Shown in pieces: positions 16,871-24,106 of a stretch of 64,000 nt of DNA. Position 1 is the first letter of the stretch, and each line of letters opens with the position of its first letter. The stretch spans positions 48,734 to 112,733 of the forward strand of contig JBBRAZ010000006.1 of NCBI GenBank assembly GCA_038206295.1, given 5' to 3'. This stretch comes from Acidimicrobiales bacterium. GTDB lineage: Bacteria; Actinomycetota; Acidimicrobiia; Acidimicrobiales; JBBRAZ01. The notes beneath the pieces were generated by a model that saw only the letters and a program-made list of their open reading frames with translations, was not told the DNA's origin and searched no databases. Position numbers and translations under genes: made by a program.

Positions 16871-17257
16871 ATGCACGCCAGTGAGAGCCAGATCCGAGAC
16901 CTGCTCGCGACCTACGAGCGAGCCCTCAACACCAACGACGCCGATCTCGCCGCCTCCTGCTACGCCGCCGACGGGATCTTCATGCCCACCACGCTGCCAA
17001 CCGTCACCGGCGGCGACATGGCAGACGGGTACCGGAAGATCTTCGATGCAATCCGCCTCGACGTCACGTTCGCCATCGACGAGCTCGTGGTCACATCCGA
17101 CGTAACCGCGTACGCACTGACCCGCAGCGCCGGAACACAGACCGTCCGAGCCACCGAGAACGAGTCGGCCGAGTCCAACCGTGAGGTGTTCCTCTTCCAG
17201 CGGAACGGCACCGATGGCTGGAAGATCGCCCGATACATGTTCAACAAGCCCGCGTGA
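16871..17257 (+). CDS. NTF2-like (SnoaL/DUF4440-type) small protein
   Basis: ORF 16829..17257. ATG at 16871 follows ggagaagga. MHASESQIRDLLATYERALNTNDADLAASCYAADGIFMP...WKIARYMFN is the typical NTF2-fold pattern. Confidence 0.8.
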   Translation: MHASESQIRDLLATYERALNTNDADLAASCYAADGIFMPTTLPTVTGGDMADGYRKIFDAIRLDVTFAIDELVVTSDVTAYALTRSAGTQTVRATENESAESNREVFLFQRNGTDGWKIARYMFNKPA

Positions 17258-17463
17258 GCGGCTGCACCCGACAACCCTCGCGCTCACCAAGACCCGGTCG
17301 TGCCCCCGGACCGACGACGACGCCGACTCGACCGATCGGCACGCTCGCCCTTTCGGTCGACGATGGCTACCCCTCCGACCAGCTCGGATGGGTGACCGAC
17401 GAACCGCCTGAGCTCAGGGTCGCCGGACGGGCGATCGGACACGAGACCTACCCGCTGACCAGG

Positions 17464-17490
17464 CACAACGTTGTGATTTCGACAACAACC
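17464..17490. repeat. Palindrome-containing motif (CACAACGTTGTG-ATTTCGACAACAACC) abutting tRNA-half copy A
   Basis: cacaacgttgtgatttcgacaacaacc. The first 12 nt form a perfect palindrome. It is closely related to 28520-28553. Confidence 0.7.
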
Positions 17491-17491
17491 A

Positions 17492-17534
17492 GTGGGCGCT
17501 GAGGGACTCGAACCCCCGACCCCCTCCCTGCAAG
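17492..17534 (-). repeat. Copy A of the tRNA-Val 3' half (att-like scar or tRNA pseudogene fragment)
   Basis: gtgggcgctgagggactcgaacccccgaccccctccctgcaag matches 38024-38066 of the intact tRNA-Val at 41 of 43 positions (my count). No matching D-arm or 5' acceptor strand lies upstream. Confidence 0.75.
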
Positions 17535-17600
17535 CAACCCCGGAAAGCGCGAGAGTCGCAGTTACTTGCTTTTCGCCAGTGACTTTGCGACAGTGAGCTG

Positions 17601-18083
17601 ATGAGCACATCGCACCGACGCGAAGCGATCTCGGAGCGAGCCAGCGCTGGCGCCAACTCGTGCTCGCTGCTGAAGGCGGTCTCCGTCGTCGGCGACTTCT
17701 GGAGTCTCGGCATCCTGCGCTGCACGCTCTTCGGCCTGCGCCGCTTCGGCGAATTCGAAGGTGAGCTCGGGATCGCCAGCAACGTGCTCACGCAGCGACT
17801 GGCCGGTTTGACCGACGCCGGTCTGCTCGAACGAAGCGCCTATCAAGACAACCCCGCCCGCTACGAGTACACGCTGAGCCCGTCCGGCCGAGAGCTCCTG
17901 CCCGCTCTGCTCCTGCTCAAGTCGTGGGGCGACCGCCACCTGCAACCCGACGGCGCATGGACGTCACTACGCCACCGCGGCTGCGAGAGCGCGCTGGTCG
18001 TCGACGCCCGTTGTCCCGATTGCGGCAACGTGCTCGCCCTCGACGACATCGAGGCCATCGCACTGCGAGAACTCCCGAAGTGA
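17601..18083 (+). CDS. HxlR-family winged-HTH transcriptional regulator with C-terminal Cys-pair extension
   Basis: ORF track 160 aa. CSLLKAVSVVGDFWSLGILRCTLFGLRRFGEFEGELGIASNVLTQRLAGLTDAGLLER...YEYTLSPSGREL is the HxlR pattern. The tail contains HRGC...CPDCG. Confidence 0.85.
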   Translation: MSTSHRREAISERASAGANSCSLLKAVSVVGDFWSLGILRCTLFGLRRFGEFEGELGIASNVLTQRLAGLTDAGLLERSAYQDNPARYEYTLSPSGRELLPALLLLKSWGDRHLQPDGAWTSLRHRGCESALVVDARCPDCGNVLALDDIEAIALRELPK

Positions 18084-18133
18084 GATGCGGCGCCGCCTCA
18101 CCAGCAACAGCTCCATGCGTTCCAGGAGGACCC

Positions 18134-18628
18134 ATGACCACCACCGAACGACATCAACCAGCCATCGAACGTGAAGCGCGCAAAGTCGTCAAGCTCGATC
18201 GCGGCCCGTTCCGGAAGCTCTCTAGTCGGATGCACTGCCGGATGTACCGCCTCACCGGTGGCCGCTTCGGCGGGCAGCTCGATTCGGCGAGTGGCGTCCG
18301 GCCCATCCTGCTGCTCGAAACGACCGGCCGCAGGACTGCTCGCAAGCGAATGACGCCACTCGTGTACCTGCGAGATGGCGAATCCTGGGTCGTGGCCGGC
18401 GCGAACGCCGGGCGCGACACGGATCCGGCCTGGGTCTTCAACCTCCGCAGCGATCCCCACGCCACGATCACCGTCGGCCGCGACGTCATCGATGTCGTTG
18501 CCACCGAGCTCGACCCCGCCGAAGCCCAAGCGATGTGGCCAGCGTTGAATGGCATGAACGCGCAGTACGAGGAGTATCAGAAGCTCACCGATCGAACCGT
18601 GCCCGTGATCCGGTTCCACCGCGACTGA
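18134..18628 (+). CDS. Deazaflavin (F420)-dependent nitroreductase family protein (DUF385-like)
   Basis: ORF 17924..18628. ATG at 18134 follows aggagga. ...MYRLTGGRFGG...ILLLETTGRRTARKRMTPLVYLRDGESWVVAGANAGRDTDPAWVFNLRSDPHATI... is the typical family signature. Confidence 0.85.
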   Translation: MTTTERHQPAIEREARKVVKLDRGPFRKLSSRMHCRMYRLTGGRFGGQLDSASGVRPILLLETTGRRTARKRMTPLVYLRDGESWVVAGANAGRDTDPAWVFNLRSDPHATITVGRDVIDVVATELDPAEAQAMWPALNGMNAQYEEYQKLTDRTVPVIRFHRD

Positions 18629-18679
18629 GCGGCCCGAAGGCACCCTGCTCCGGCCGCTTCCGCAATCGCCGACGGCCAA

Positions 18680-18958
18680 GCGCGCAAGACGTCGGCACGT
18701 TCGGCGTCGCGGGTGGTGGACAGCACCGTCATGCCGAGCCGACCAGCGAGCACGGCGGCCGCCATGCCCACCGAGGAGGTGCCGCCGCGGATCAGGATCG
18801 GCTGACCGGGTCGGGCGTCGAGGCCGACCGTGAGCGAACCGTGCGCCGTCTGGAGCATCTCGGGTACGGCGCCGAGCGTGGCCCAGTCGAGATCGCACGC
18901 GAACGGAACGGTCTGTCGAACGGGCACGCAGGTGCACTCGGCGCAACCGCCGTCGAAC
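18680..18958 (-). pseudogene. Internal fragment of a second MDR quinone-oxidoreductase gene (paralogue of 15343-16332)
   Basis: About 280 nt align colinearly with 15757-16037 at roughly 90 percent identity by eye. Translated, it reads ...CDLDWATLGAVPEMLQTAHGSLTVGLDARPGQPILIRGGTSSVGMAAAVLAGRLGMTVLSTTRDAERADVL. Both gene ends are missing. Confidence 0.8.
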
Positions 18959-18999
18959 CTGCAGCAGACCCATCGTTGCTCACCCGTCGTACGGTGCGC

Positions 19000-19326
19000 T
19001 CAACCACAGTCCACGGCAACAGACAAGGCAGCACAGACATCCCGCATGCGCTCGTCGCTCAAGCGGCCGAGGCGATCAACAAGGACAGCGACCGACACGC
19101 TCTCGACCGAGTCGAGGTTGACGGCGCTTCGCCGAGGGACTGGATCGCTACCGGGCTCGAGCAGTACCTCACTCGGCAAGCCTCGGATGGTCGTGGTGCA
19201 CGGGGCGACAAGGGTTCGCCCCAGGCGGGGAATGGCGGCGTCGCGGCTCAACACGAGCACCGGCCGACGGCTGATCTCCGGCAGCTCGCACCACCACAGC
19301 TCGCCCCGCCTTGGCTGATCCTTCAC
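19000..19326 (-). CDS. mazF: Type II toxin, PemK/MazF family endoribonuclease
   Basis: ORF track 108 aa. [30 protein letters not shown]...[15 protein letters not shown] matches the MazF pattern RGdiw..d....g.E....RP.lVls. Confidence 0.85.
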   Translation of the reverse strand: MKDQPRRGELWWCELPEISRRPVLVLSRDAAIPRLGRTLVAPCTTTIRGLPSEVLLEPGSDPVPRRSAVNLDSVESVSVAVLVDRLGRLSDERMRDVCAALSVAVDCG

Positions 19327-19559
19327 GATGCAGCCGCTGCGGCGCGGAACGACGCGAGATCACCCCACTCGTCGGGCTCGTCGATCGGATGCTCGTCGTA
19401 CGCCGCGTAGGCGCCATCCAGCTCCGCGCCTCGATGCTGGGTCAGCAGCGCGTCGAGCGCTAGATCGAACAATGCAGCGTTCGAAGCCACGCCAGTCACC
19501 TCGTGGGCCCGAGTGAGCAGCTCGCCATCAACCGTGGTACTGACGCGTGTGCGAGTCAT
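19323..19559 (-). CDS. Cognate antitoxin (DUF2191/VapB-MazE-like)
   Basis: ORF 19323..19706, ATG at 19559 ([39 protein letters not shown]...). There is a 4-nt overlap with the toxin start. Confidence 0.7.
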   Translation of the reverse strand: MTRTRVSTTVDGELLTRAHEVTGVASNAALFDLALDALLTQHRGAELDGAYAAYDEHPIDEPDEWGDLASFRAAAAAS

Positions 19560-19586
19560 GGCATAACCATGCCATGACTCGCACAC
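19547..19586. promoter_or_regulatory. Perfect 18-bp inverted repeat with 4-nt spacer spanning the antitoxin start codon (candidate TA operator)
   Basis: gtgtgcgagtcatggcat (19547-19564), spacer aacc, atgccatgactcgcacac (19569-19586). The arms are exact reverse complements. Confidence 0.6.
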
Positions 19587-19765
19587 AGCTGCAACATCAG
19601 CTCTGGGCAGCTCCCTGGATTCCCGACCACGGGCATGGTGCGGTCGTCTTCCGATCGGCACGACGCGGTCGCCTCGATGCCAAGCTGCGCCCGCAGGAGG
19701 TCGCATGGCTCGAACTGGCCGACGGCTGGAACCAGGGTCAAAGCGGTGTCAACGGAGGGCGACGA

Positions 19766-20188
19766 TCACGCGTCGAGCGGATTCGCCACATGAAATCCGC
19801 GGCGCTCCGCTGCATCACATAGTGCTGGGTCCGCACTCGTGACGATGTCCGCCTCAATCAAGAGCGCGGCGGCAAGGTGAACTGCGTCGTAGCCGCGAAG
19901 CGCCTCGTGCTCGGCGAGATCCGCCGCCTCAGCGATCAGCTCTTCGGTGACCTCGACGACGGTCAACCCGTCGAGCAGGCCCACAAGGTCGCGCTTGGCT
20001 GCTCGTTGCGCACTCGCGGTGAGCCGGCCCACTCGCTCAGCAGCCGCGAGCGCAGCGCGCGCCTCCACCACGATCAGGGCAGCTGCCGCCAGCACGTCGG
20101 CCGAGTCCCAGATGAGCGCGGCCTTCTCTGATCCGTCCTCCTCGATCAGCAACTTCAACAGCGAGGACGTGTCGACGTAGGTGATCAC
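19766..20188 (-). CDS. vapC: Type II toxin VapC (PIN-domain ribonuclease)
   Basis: ORF track 140 aa. MITYVDTSSLLKLLIEE... (first acidic residue), ...LRGYDAVHLAAAL..., ...IVTSADPALCDAAERRGF is the classic PIN pattern. Confidence 0.9.
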   Translation of the reverse strand: MITYVDTSSLLKLLIEEDGSEKAALIWDSADVLAAAALIVVEARAALAAAERVGRLTASAQRAAKRDLVGLLDGLTVVEVTEELIAEAADLAEHEALRGYDAVHLAAALLIEADIVTSADPALCDAAERRGFHVANPLDA

Positions 20189-20466
20189 CGCCGCTGTTCG
20201 GCGACCAAGTCGCTGACCGAGCCTGCCGACGTGATTCGTCGTGCCGGGCGGCTCCGCGAGGTCCGCTTTGGAGCTCGAACCACCCCAGACGCGATGAGCG
20301 TCGCCAGCCGGTCCGTTGCGTGGTCGAGCGCGGACAGCCGTGCAACCGGCTTGCCGCGATCGGTCACAACCACGTCCTCGCCCTCCCGTACGCGATCCAA
20401 GTACCGACTCAAGTTGTTCTTGAGGTCGCGAATACCGACCTCAACGTACGGTGTAGCTACATTCAT
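20185..20466 (-). CDS. vapB: Phd/YefM-type antitoxin paired with VapC
   Basis: ORF track 93 aa. VGIRDLKNNLSRYLDRVREGEDVVVTDRGKPVARL is the Phd/YefM N-terminal signature. There is a 4-nt overlap with vapC. Confidence 0.85.
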   Translation of the reverse strand: MNVATPYVEVGIRDLKNNLSRYLDRVREGEDVVVTDRGKPVARLSALDHATDRLATLIASGVVRAPKRTSRSRPARRITSAGSVSDLVAEQRR

Positions 20467-20489
20467 GCACCCAGTATAGCCACATGCAC
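20464..20489 (-). promoter_or_regulatory. vapBC promoter/operator: -10-like TATACT 6 nt upstream of the ATG (leaderless geometry) flanked by CATGCAC direct repeats
   Basis: The rc of 20464-20478 reads tatactgggtgcATG. catgcac occurs at 20464-20470 and 20483-20489. Confidence 0.4.
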
Positions 20490-20592
20490 ACCGCCATCAT
20501 CAACAGGCTGCTACCCAGCCTTCAGACTCCATTGCGCCGGTTCGTCGCCGTGCTCGTCGACGCAGTTGACGCCGGCTCGCAGTGACAACGAG

Positions 20593-20635
20593 TGGGCGCT
20601 GGGGGACTCGAACCCCCGACCCCCTCCTTGCAAGC
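20593..20635 (-). repeat. Copy B of the tRNA-Val 3' half (possibly part of a 102-nt scrambled tRNA pseudogene, 20593-20694)
   Basis: gtgggcgctgggggactcgaacccccgaccccctccttgcaag matches 38024-38066 at 41 of 43 positions. The T-stem change is compensatory (GGGGG/CCCCC). A GGGCGCT 5' acceptor complement lies at 20688-20694. Confidence 0.75.
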
Positions 20636-20764
20636 GGGCCAACAATCGGCAGTAGTGCCTCTACCTACACCTATGGCTTGCCCGTGAGCGCCCAGAGCCG
20701 CCAGATTGGTCGAGAACCGCCAGTTCCGGTGTCAAAACGGTGTCGACTCGTTGGGGTTGACTCG

Positions 20765-20851
20765 CCGTCGCGCTGCATGGCGCGGCGCCGCTGGGCGGCC
20801 TCGACCAGCTCAGCGAACGCGGGGTTCCTCGCCAAGCGAGCGTGGACGATC
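20765..20851 (-). pseudogene. Truncated higA-like antitoxin fragment (N-terminal region only)
   Basis: The rc translates IVHARLARNPAFAELVEAAQRRRAMQRDGE, compared with SAKNAEFPELVEAALRRRELLRS in the intact antitoxin 37169-37483. Similarity stops exactly at the ccctgacagacagggct repeat (20852). Confidence 0.6.
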
Positions 20852-20868
20852 CCCTGACAGACAGGGCT
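20852..20868. repeat. 17-nt direct repeat, left copy (ccctgacagacagggct) bracketing the Cys-rich mini-cassette
   Basis: An identical 17-mer occurs at 21708-21724. Both are followed by cttcgg (directly on the right copy, after a 14-nt insert on the left). The sequence is itself a small hairpin (ccctg..caggg). Confidence 0.7.
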
Positions 20869-20931
20869 GTCTCGCTGTGGCTTCGGAAAGCTCACCGATT
20901 CGCATCCCTGCAGATTACTGACCTCTCACCC

Positions 20932-20963
20932 TTGACCTTCCAGTACAGAGGAAGCTTTATCCT
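20932..20963 (+). promoter_or_regulatory. Candidate promoter of the mini-cassette: TTGACC - 20 nt - TATCCT, -10 ends 6 nt before the ATG (leaderless); short dyad in the spacer
   Basis: ttgacc is at 20932-20937 and tatcct at 20958-20963. cttcc/ggaag arms lie at 20937-20941 and 20950-20954. The ATG is at 20970. The over-long spacer is reminiscent of MerR-type promoters (inference). Confidence 0.35.
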
Positions 20964-20969
20964 GCGGTC

Positions 20970-21263
20970 ATGGAGATCGAGATCCTCTACTTCGAGGGCT
21001 GCCCGAACGTCGAACTCGCCGAAGACCGAGCCCGAGAAGCGACCTCCGGCCGCTCCGACGTCTCCGTGGTCCGCCGACGCATCCGCAACGAAGCAGATGC
21101 ACAGCGTTGGGGCATGTACGGCTCGCCCACGATCCTCGTCGATGGGACCGACCCGTTCACCGATCCAGACAGCGACGCGACCTGGGCGTGTCGCATCTTC
21201 TTCTCTCCCGAAGGCGCGTCGGGGGTGCCGACAGTCGGCCAGCTGCGCGAGGCGATCGGGTGA
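20970..21263 (+). CDS. Small thioredoxin-fold-like protein with conserved Cys (EGCPN ... ACR), family often found with heavy-metal genes
   Basis: ORF track 97 aa: MEIEILYFEGCPNVELAEDRAREA...GSPTILVDGTDPF...WACRIFFSPEGASGVPTVGQLREAI. The family recognition is from memory only. Confidence 0.65.
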   Translation: MEIEILYFEGCPNVELAEDRAREATSGRSDVSVVRRRIRNEADAQRWGMYGSPTILVDGTDPFTDPDSDATWACRIFFSPEGASGVPTVGQLREAIG

Positions 21264-21511
21264 TTGAGCGCAAAGAGGCCGCGCGGCTTGGTGTCGCAAG
21301 CGCGATCGGTATGACCATTTGCTGCACTCTCACCGCGCTGCTCATCGGCGGAGGGCTCACAACAGCGATCAGCGCGATAGGCGGTTCGCTCGGTCTGGCA
21401 GCGCTGAGCGGGCTGCTGTGCGCTGCCTTGCTGGTCGCGCACCAACACCGACGCTGCCTCGACCGGCCCGCCACGTCGCAGCCACTCTCGGTCGACTCGT
21501 GCACGGAATGA
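21260..21511 (+). CDS. Small two-TM membrane protein with vicinal Cys pair in TM1 (MerT/MerF-like metal transporter signature)
   Basis: A GTG at 21260 overlaps the upstream stop (GTGA). It is in frame with ORF 21107..21511. VIERKEAARLGVASAIGMTICCTLTALLIGGGLTTAISAIGGSLGLAALSGLLCAALLVAHQHRRC.... Confidence 0.5.
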   Translation: MIERKEAARLGVASAIGMTICCTLTALLIGGGLTTAISAIGGSLGLAALSGLLCAALLVAHQHRRCLDRPATSQPLSVDSCTE

Positions 21512-21707
21512 TCATCTGCATGACCACCGAGAAGGCGAGTGCGCTCAGGTCACGTCTGCACGGCCGGCGGCCACACTCGGTGCGCCCGTGTTGCCAGAAG
21601 GTGTCGCCCCGAAGGGGGATGCCGACGGACGTGACGTCACGAACCGCCTGGATCAGATCAAGGTTCGCCCTGTAGGGATGAATCGCTACACGAGCAATCT
21701 CACGTCA

Positions 21708-21724
21708 CCCTGACAGACAGGGCT
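21708..21724. repeat. 17-nt direct repeat, right copy (ccctgacagacagggct)
   Basis: Identical to 20852-20868. Confidence 0.7.
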
Positions 21725-21819
21725 TCGGTCACGGCAGCGCACGGTCGGAGCTCTTGACCTCACGACATCGAACAAGCGAGGCCCGCGCCGAGCCGCCGCT
21801 CGGTCGCGCGCCCGTCCGG

Positions 21820-23043
21820 TCAGGCGGCTCGTAACACGGGTGGCACTCCCCGTGCGATCAGGTCCTCCGGCGCGGACTCGGGTCCGGCGAACATGGCGAC
21901 CACGAGCGGGAAGACGTCCGGGTGCATCGCTGCCATCGCTTCGCCGAAGCGCGCTCGACGGTCACTTCGGTCCGGCCCTGCCAACACGGAGCTCGACACG
22001 ATGATGTCGGCGATCACCTCGAGCCGGCGCACGAGGTCGAGCCGCTGTGCCGCGTACGGCGCGAAGTCCTCAGCCGCGCTGGCGCCAGCGATGATGAGGT
22101 CCCGCACGGTACGAGCGTCGCGCATGGCCACGGACAGTCCGCACCCGATCGATGGGTCGGTCTGCCCGGCCGCGTCGCCGATCAGCACCACAGCGCCACG
22201 GGCAGGGGTGGCGGTGCGGGTCTGAGTGTTCGGGAAGGTGGCACACGGACCAGCAGGCACTGCTGCCTCCACGAGGTCAGCAAGATGGGTAGGCCCGTCG
22301 CGCAAGTCGTCGATGAAGTTGACGGTCCCCGCAGTGCCGGCATACCGAGTTCGGTCCTCCACCGGGACCACGTGATACACGCGCGCCCGGCCGGCACCCT
22401 GGTGGAACACGAGGCTCATGCCGCGGTCGTGCTCGGCGACGAGGTCGTGATCGTCGGGGCCGGCCAATCCGTCGAGCAGCAGCCCTGCGACGGCGGCGGT
22501 GGCGTCGACCTGGTCAAGCTCCACCCCGATGGCCCTGCGCACGGTCGACGACCGTCCGTCGGCGCCCACCACGAGCCGGCCGGCGACGTGCTCGCTTCGC
22601 CCCTCCCGACAGAAGCCCACCACGGCGGCGTCCGCGTGCTGGGCGACCGACACCTCGCGAACGCCCCTGCGTACGTCGGCACCGGCCGCAGTCGCCGCGT
22701 CGAGCAGCGCCTGGCAGGCGTCCGGATGATGCAGGTTGAGGTTGCCGTCGACGCCCGGCACGAGGATGCCGACCGGGATGTCCCGGGCCTCGGTATCGCC
22801 CTCACCGAAGCGACGCCACGTCGGCGCAATGTGGGCGCCCGCTCCTCGCAGCACGGATCCGACGCCGAGGCGGTCCGCCTCGGCGACGCCCCACGGCATC
22901 ATGCTCTCGCCCCGCACCCGATCGACGAACCGCTCGGTTGCCTCCAGCGCCACCACGTCGAGGCCGGCACCGGCCAGCGCCGTGGCGAGCGAGGCCCCCG
23001 CGATGCCACCGCCGACCACGACCACATCATGTGCTCGATCCAT
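21820..23043 (-). CDS. FAD-dependent monooxygenase (UbiH/aromatic-ring hydroxylase-like)
   Basis: ORF track 407 aa. The N-terminal dinucleotide fold is HDVVVVGGGIAGASLATALAGAGLDVVALE, followed by ...VVGADGRSSTVRR... and ...LIGDAAGQTDPSIGCGLS.... Confidence 0.9.
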   Translation of the reverse strand: MDRAHDVVVVGGGIAGASLATALAGAGLDVVALEATERFVDRVRGESMMPWGVAEADRLGVGSVLRGAGAHIAPTWRRFGEGDTEARDIPVGILVPGVDGNLNLHHPDACQALLDAATAAGADVRRGVREVSVAQHADAAVVGFCREGRSEHVAGRLVVGADGRSSTVRRAIGVELDQVDATAAVAGLLLDGLAGPDDHDLVAEHDRGMSLVFHQGAGRARVYHVVPVEDRTRYAGTAGTVNFIDDLRDGPTHLADLVEAAVPAGPCATFPNTQTRTATPARGAVVLIGDAAGQTDPSIGCGLSVAMRDARTVRDLIIAGASAAEDFAPYAAQRLDLVRRLEVIADIIVSSSVLAGPDRSDRRARFGEAMAAMHPDVFPLVVAMFAGPESAPEDLIARGVPPVLRAA

Positions 23044-23056
23044 CGGGATCCCCTTC

Positions 23057-23109
23057 CCTTATCGTTGCATTATTACGTTACACTGCAACGTAACAATGCA
23101 ACGATAAGG
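23057..23109. promoter_or_regulatory. 53-bp near-perfect palindrome between divergent monooxygenase and TetR genes (operator)
   Basis: ccttatcgttgcattattacgttacactgcaacgtaacaatgcaacgataagg. Pairing position by position around nt 23083 gives only 2 mismatches. The segment is AT-richer than its surroundings. Confidence 0.7.
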
Positions 23110-23118
23110 TGTCAACCC

Positions 23119-23805
23119 ATGGCCCGCCCCGCGAAGCACGACGAACGCACCCGAGAAGCGGTCCTGGATGCGGCCGAGGAGCTCCTCGCCGACGGCGGCC
23201 TCGAAGCAGTCACCGTCCGGGCGGTGGCCGATCGGGTCGGGGAGTCGACCCGTGCGGTCTACAGCCAGTTCGCCTCGATGGCTGATGTCATCGGCGCACT
23301 CGGAGCACGCGGCTTCCAGCTCGTCGCCGACGTCGTCAACGCCCTCCCGGCCACCGACGACCCACTCCACGACCTCGTCGAGGTCGGAGTTTCAGGCTTC
23401 CGAGAGTTCGCCGTCACCCGACCCCAGCTGTTCCGCATCACCTTCCACCAGATCAGCAGCGAGATCACCCGCCAGCCCGAGGCGGCCCCGGCCCTGCACG
23501 CCTCCTACGAATCTCTGGCGACCAGGTTCCAGCGCGCGATCGACACCGACCGTCTGCCGAAGCGACCACTCATCGAGTACACCTTCGCCTTCCATTCCTT
23601 CACGAGCGGACTCGCGGCCAACGAGCTGAGCATGCAACCTCCGCCAATCGGGGCGAGCTTCTGGGGACCGGCACGAGACGTGGACATGGTGGGGCTGTGG
23701 CGCACCGCATTGGGTGCCTTCATCATGGGGCTGGCGAACGGAGCCGTCCCCCCGCCACGCCGAGCCCCGGGGCGACGACCCGGATCGGCGAGTCCGAAGC
23801 GATGA
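23119..23805 (+). CDS. TetR/AcrR family transcriptional regulator
   Basis: ATG at 23119, in frame with the tail of shadow ORF 21922..23805. MARPAKHDERTREAVLDAAEELLADGGLEAVTVRAVADRVGESTRAVYSQFASMADVI is a TetR HTH. Confidence 0.9.
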   Translation: MARPAKHDERTREAVLDAAEELLADGGLEAVTVRAVADRVGESTRAVYSQFASMADVIGALGARGFQLVADVVNALPATDDPLHDLVEVGVSGFREFAVTRPQLFRITFHQISSEITRQPEAAPALHASYESLATRFQRAIDTDRLPKRPLIEYTFAFHSFTSGLAANELSMQPPPIGASFWGPARDVDMVGLWRTALGAFIMGLANGAVPPPRRAPGRRPGSASPKR

Positions 23806-24084
23806 GGTCCGACGATCCAATGCGGGTCACGTCCCTCCCGAAGGCAACTAAGGCTCCGCGTCCGAACCTGTGAGTCCCCGCCATCGGCGGCGCGCCAGGG
23901 CCGCAGCCCCCTTCGGCGCGACGGCAATCGGCGGCGGTCGCCCGGTCAGATCTCAAGGAGGTGCAGCCCCTCGCGGCGATGCAGGCTCAACGCTCGCCAG
24001 CTTCGTCAGGCGCTCCGTCGGTGATGGCGTCGAGGATGGAGTTCTTCGCCGCTGGCTGACCCAAACGCGCGGTTCGTCTGGGCG

Positions 24085-24106
24085 AACGTTGTGAATATGA
24101 CAACGT
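24085..24106. repeat. Related copy of the ACAACGTT palindromic motif (no tRNA half attached)
   Basis: aacgttgtgaatatgacaacgt has 7-bp arms acgttgt / acaacgt. It sits directly upstream of the HTH gene. Confidence 0.45.

Noticed and set aside
20593-20694. Copy B as a functional long tRNA (Sec/Leu/Ser-type or intron-containing).
   Set aside because: I could not draw D or anticodon arms for the 53-nt central part. The anticodon-stem 5' strand is missing, and 101 nt fits no standard class. A pseudogene is the conservative reading.
21512-21707. A possible merR/arsR-type regulator or reductase fragment downstream of the Cys-rich mini-cassette.
   Set aside because: Translations in all frames (e.g. 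MTTEKASALRSRLHGRRPHSVRPCCQKV.., RANLDLIQAVRDVTSVGIPL..) show no recognisable HTH or metal-binding domain and are short.
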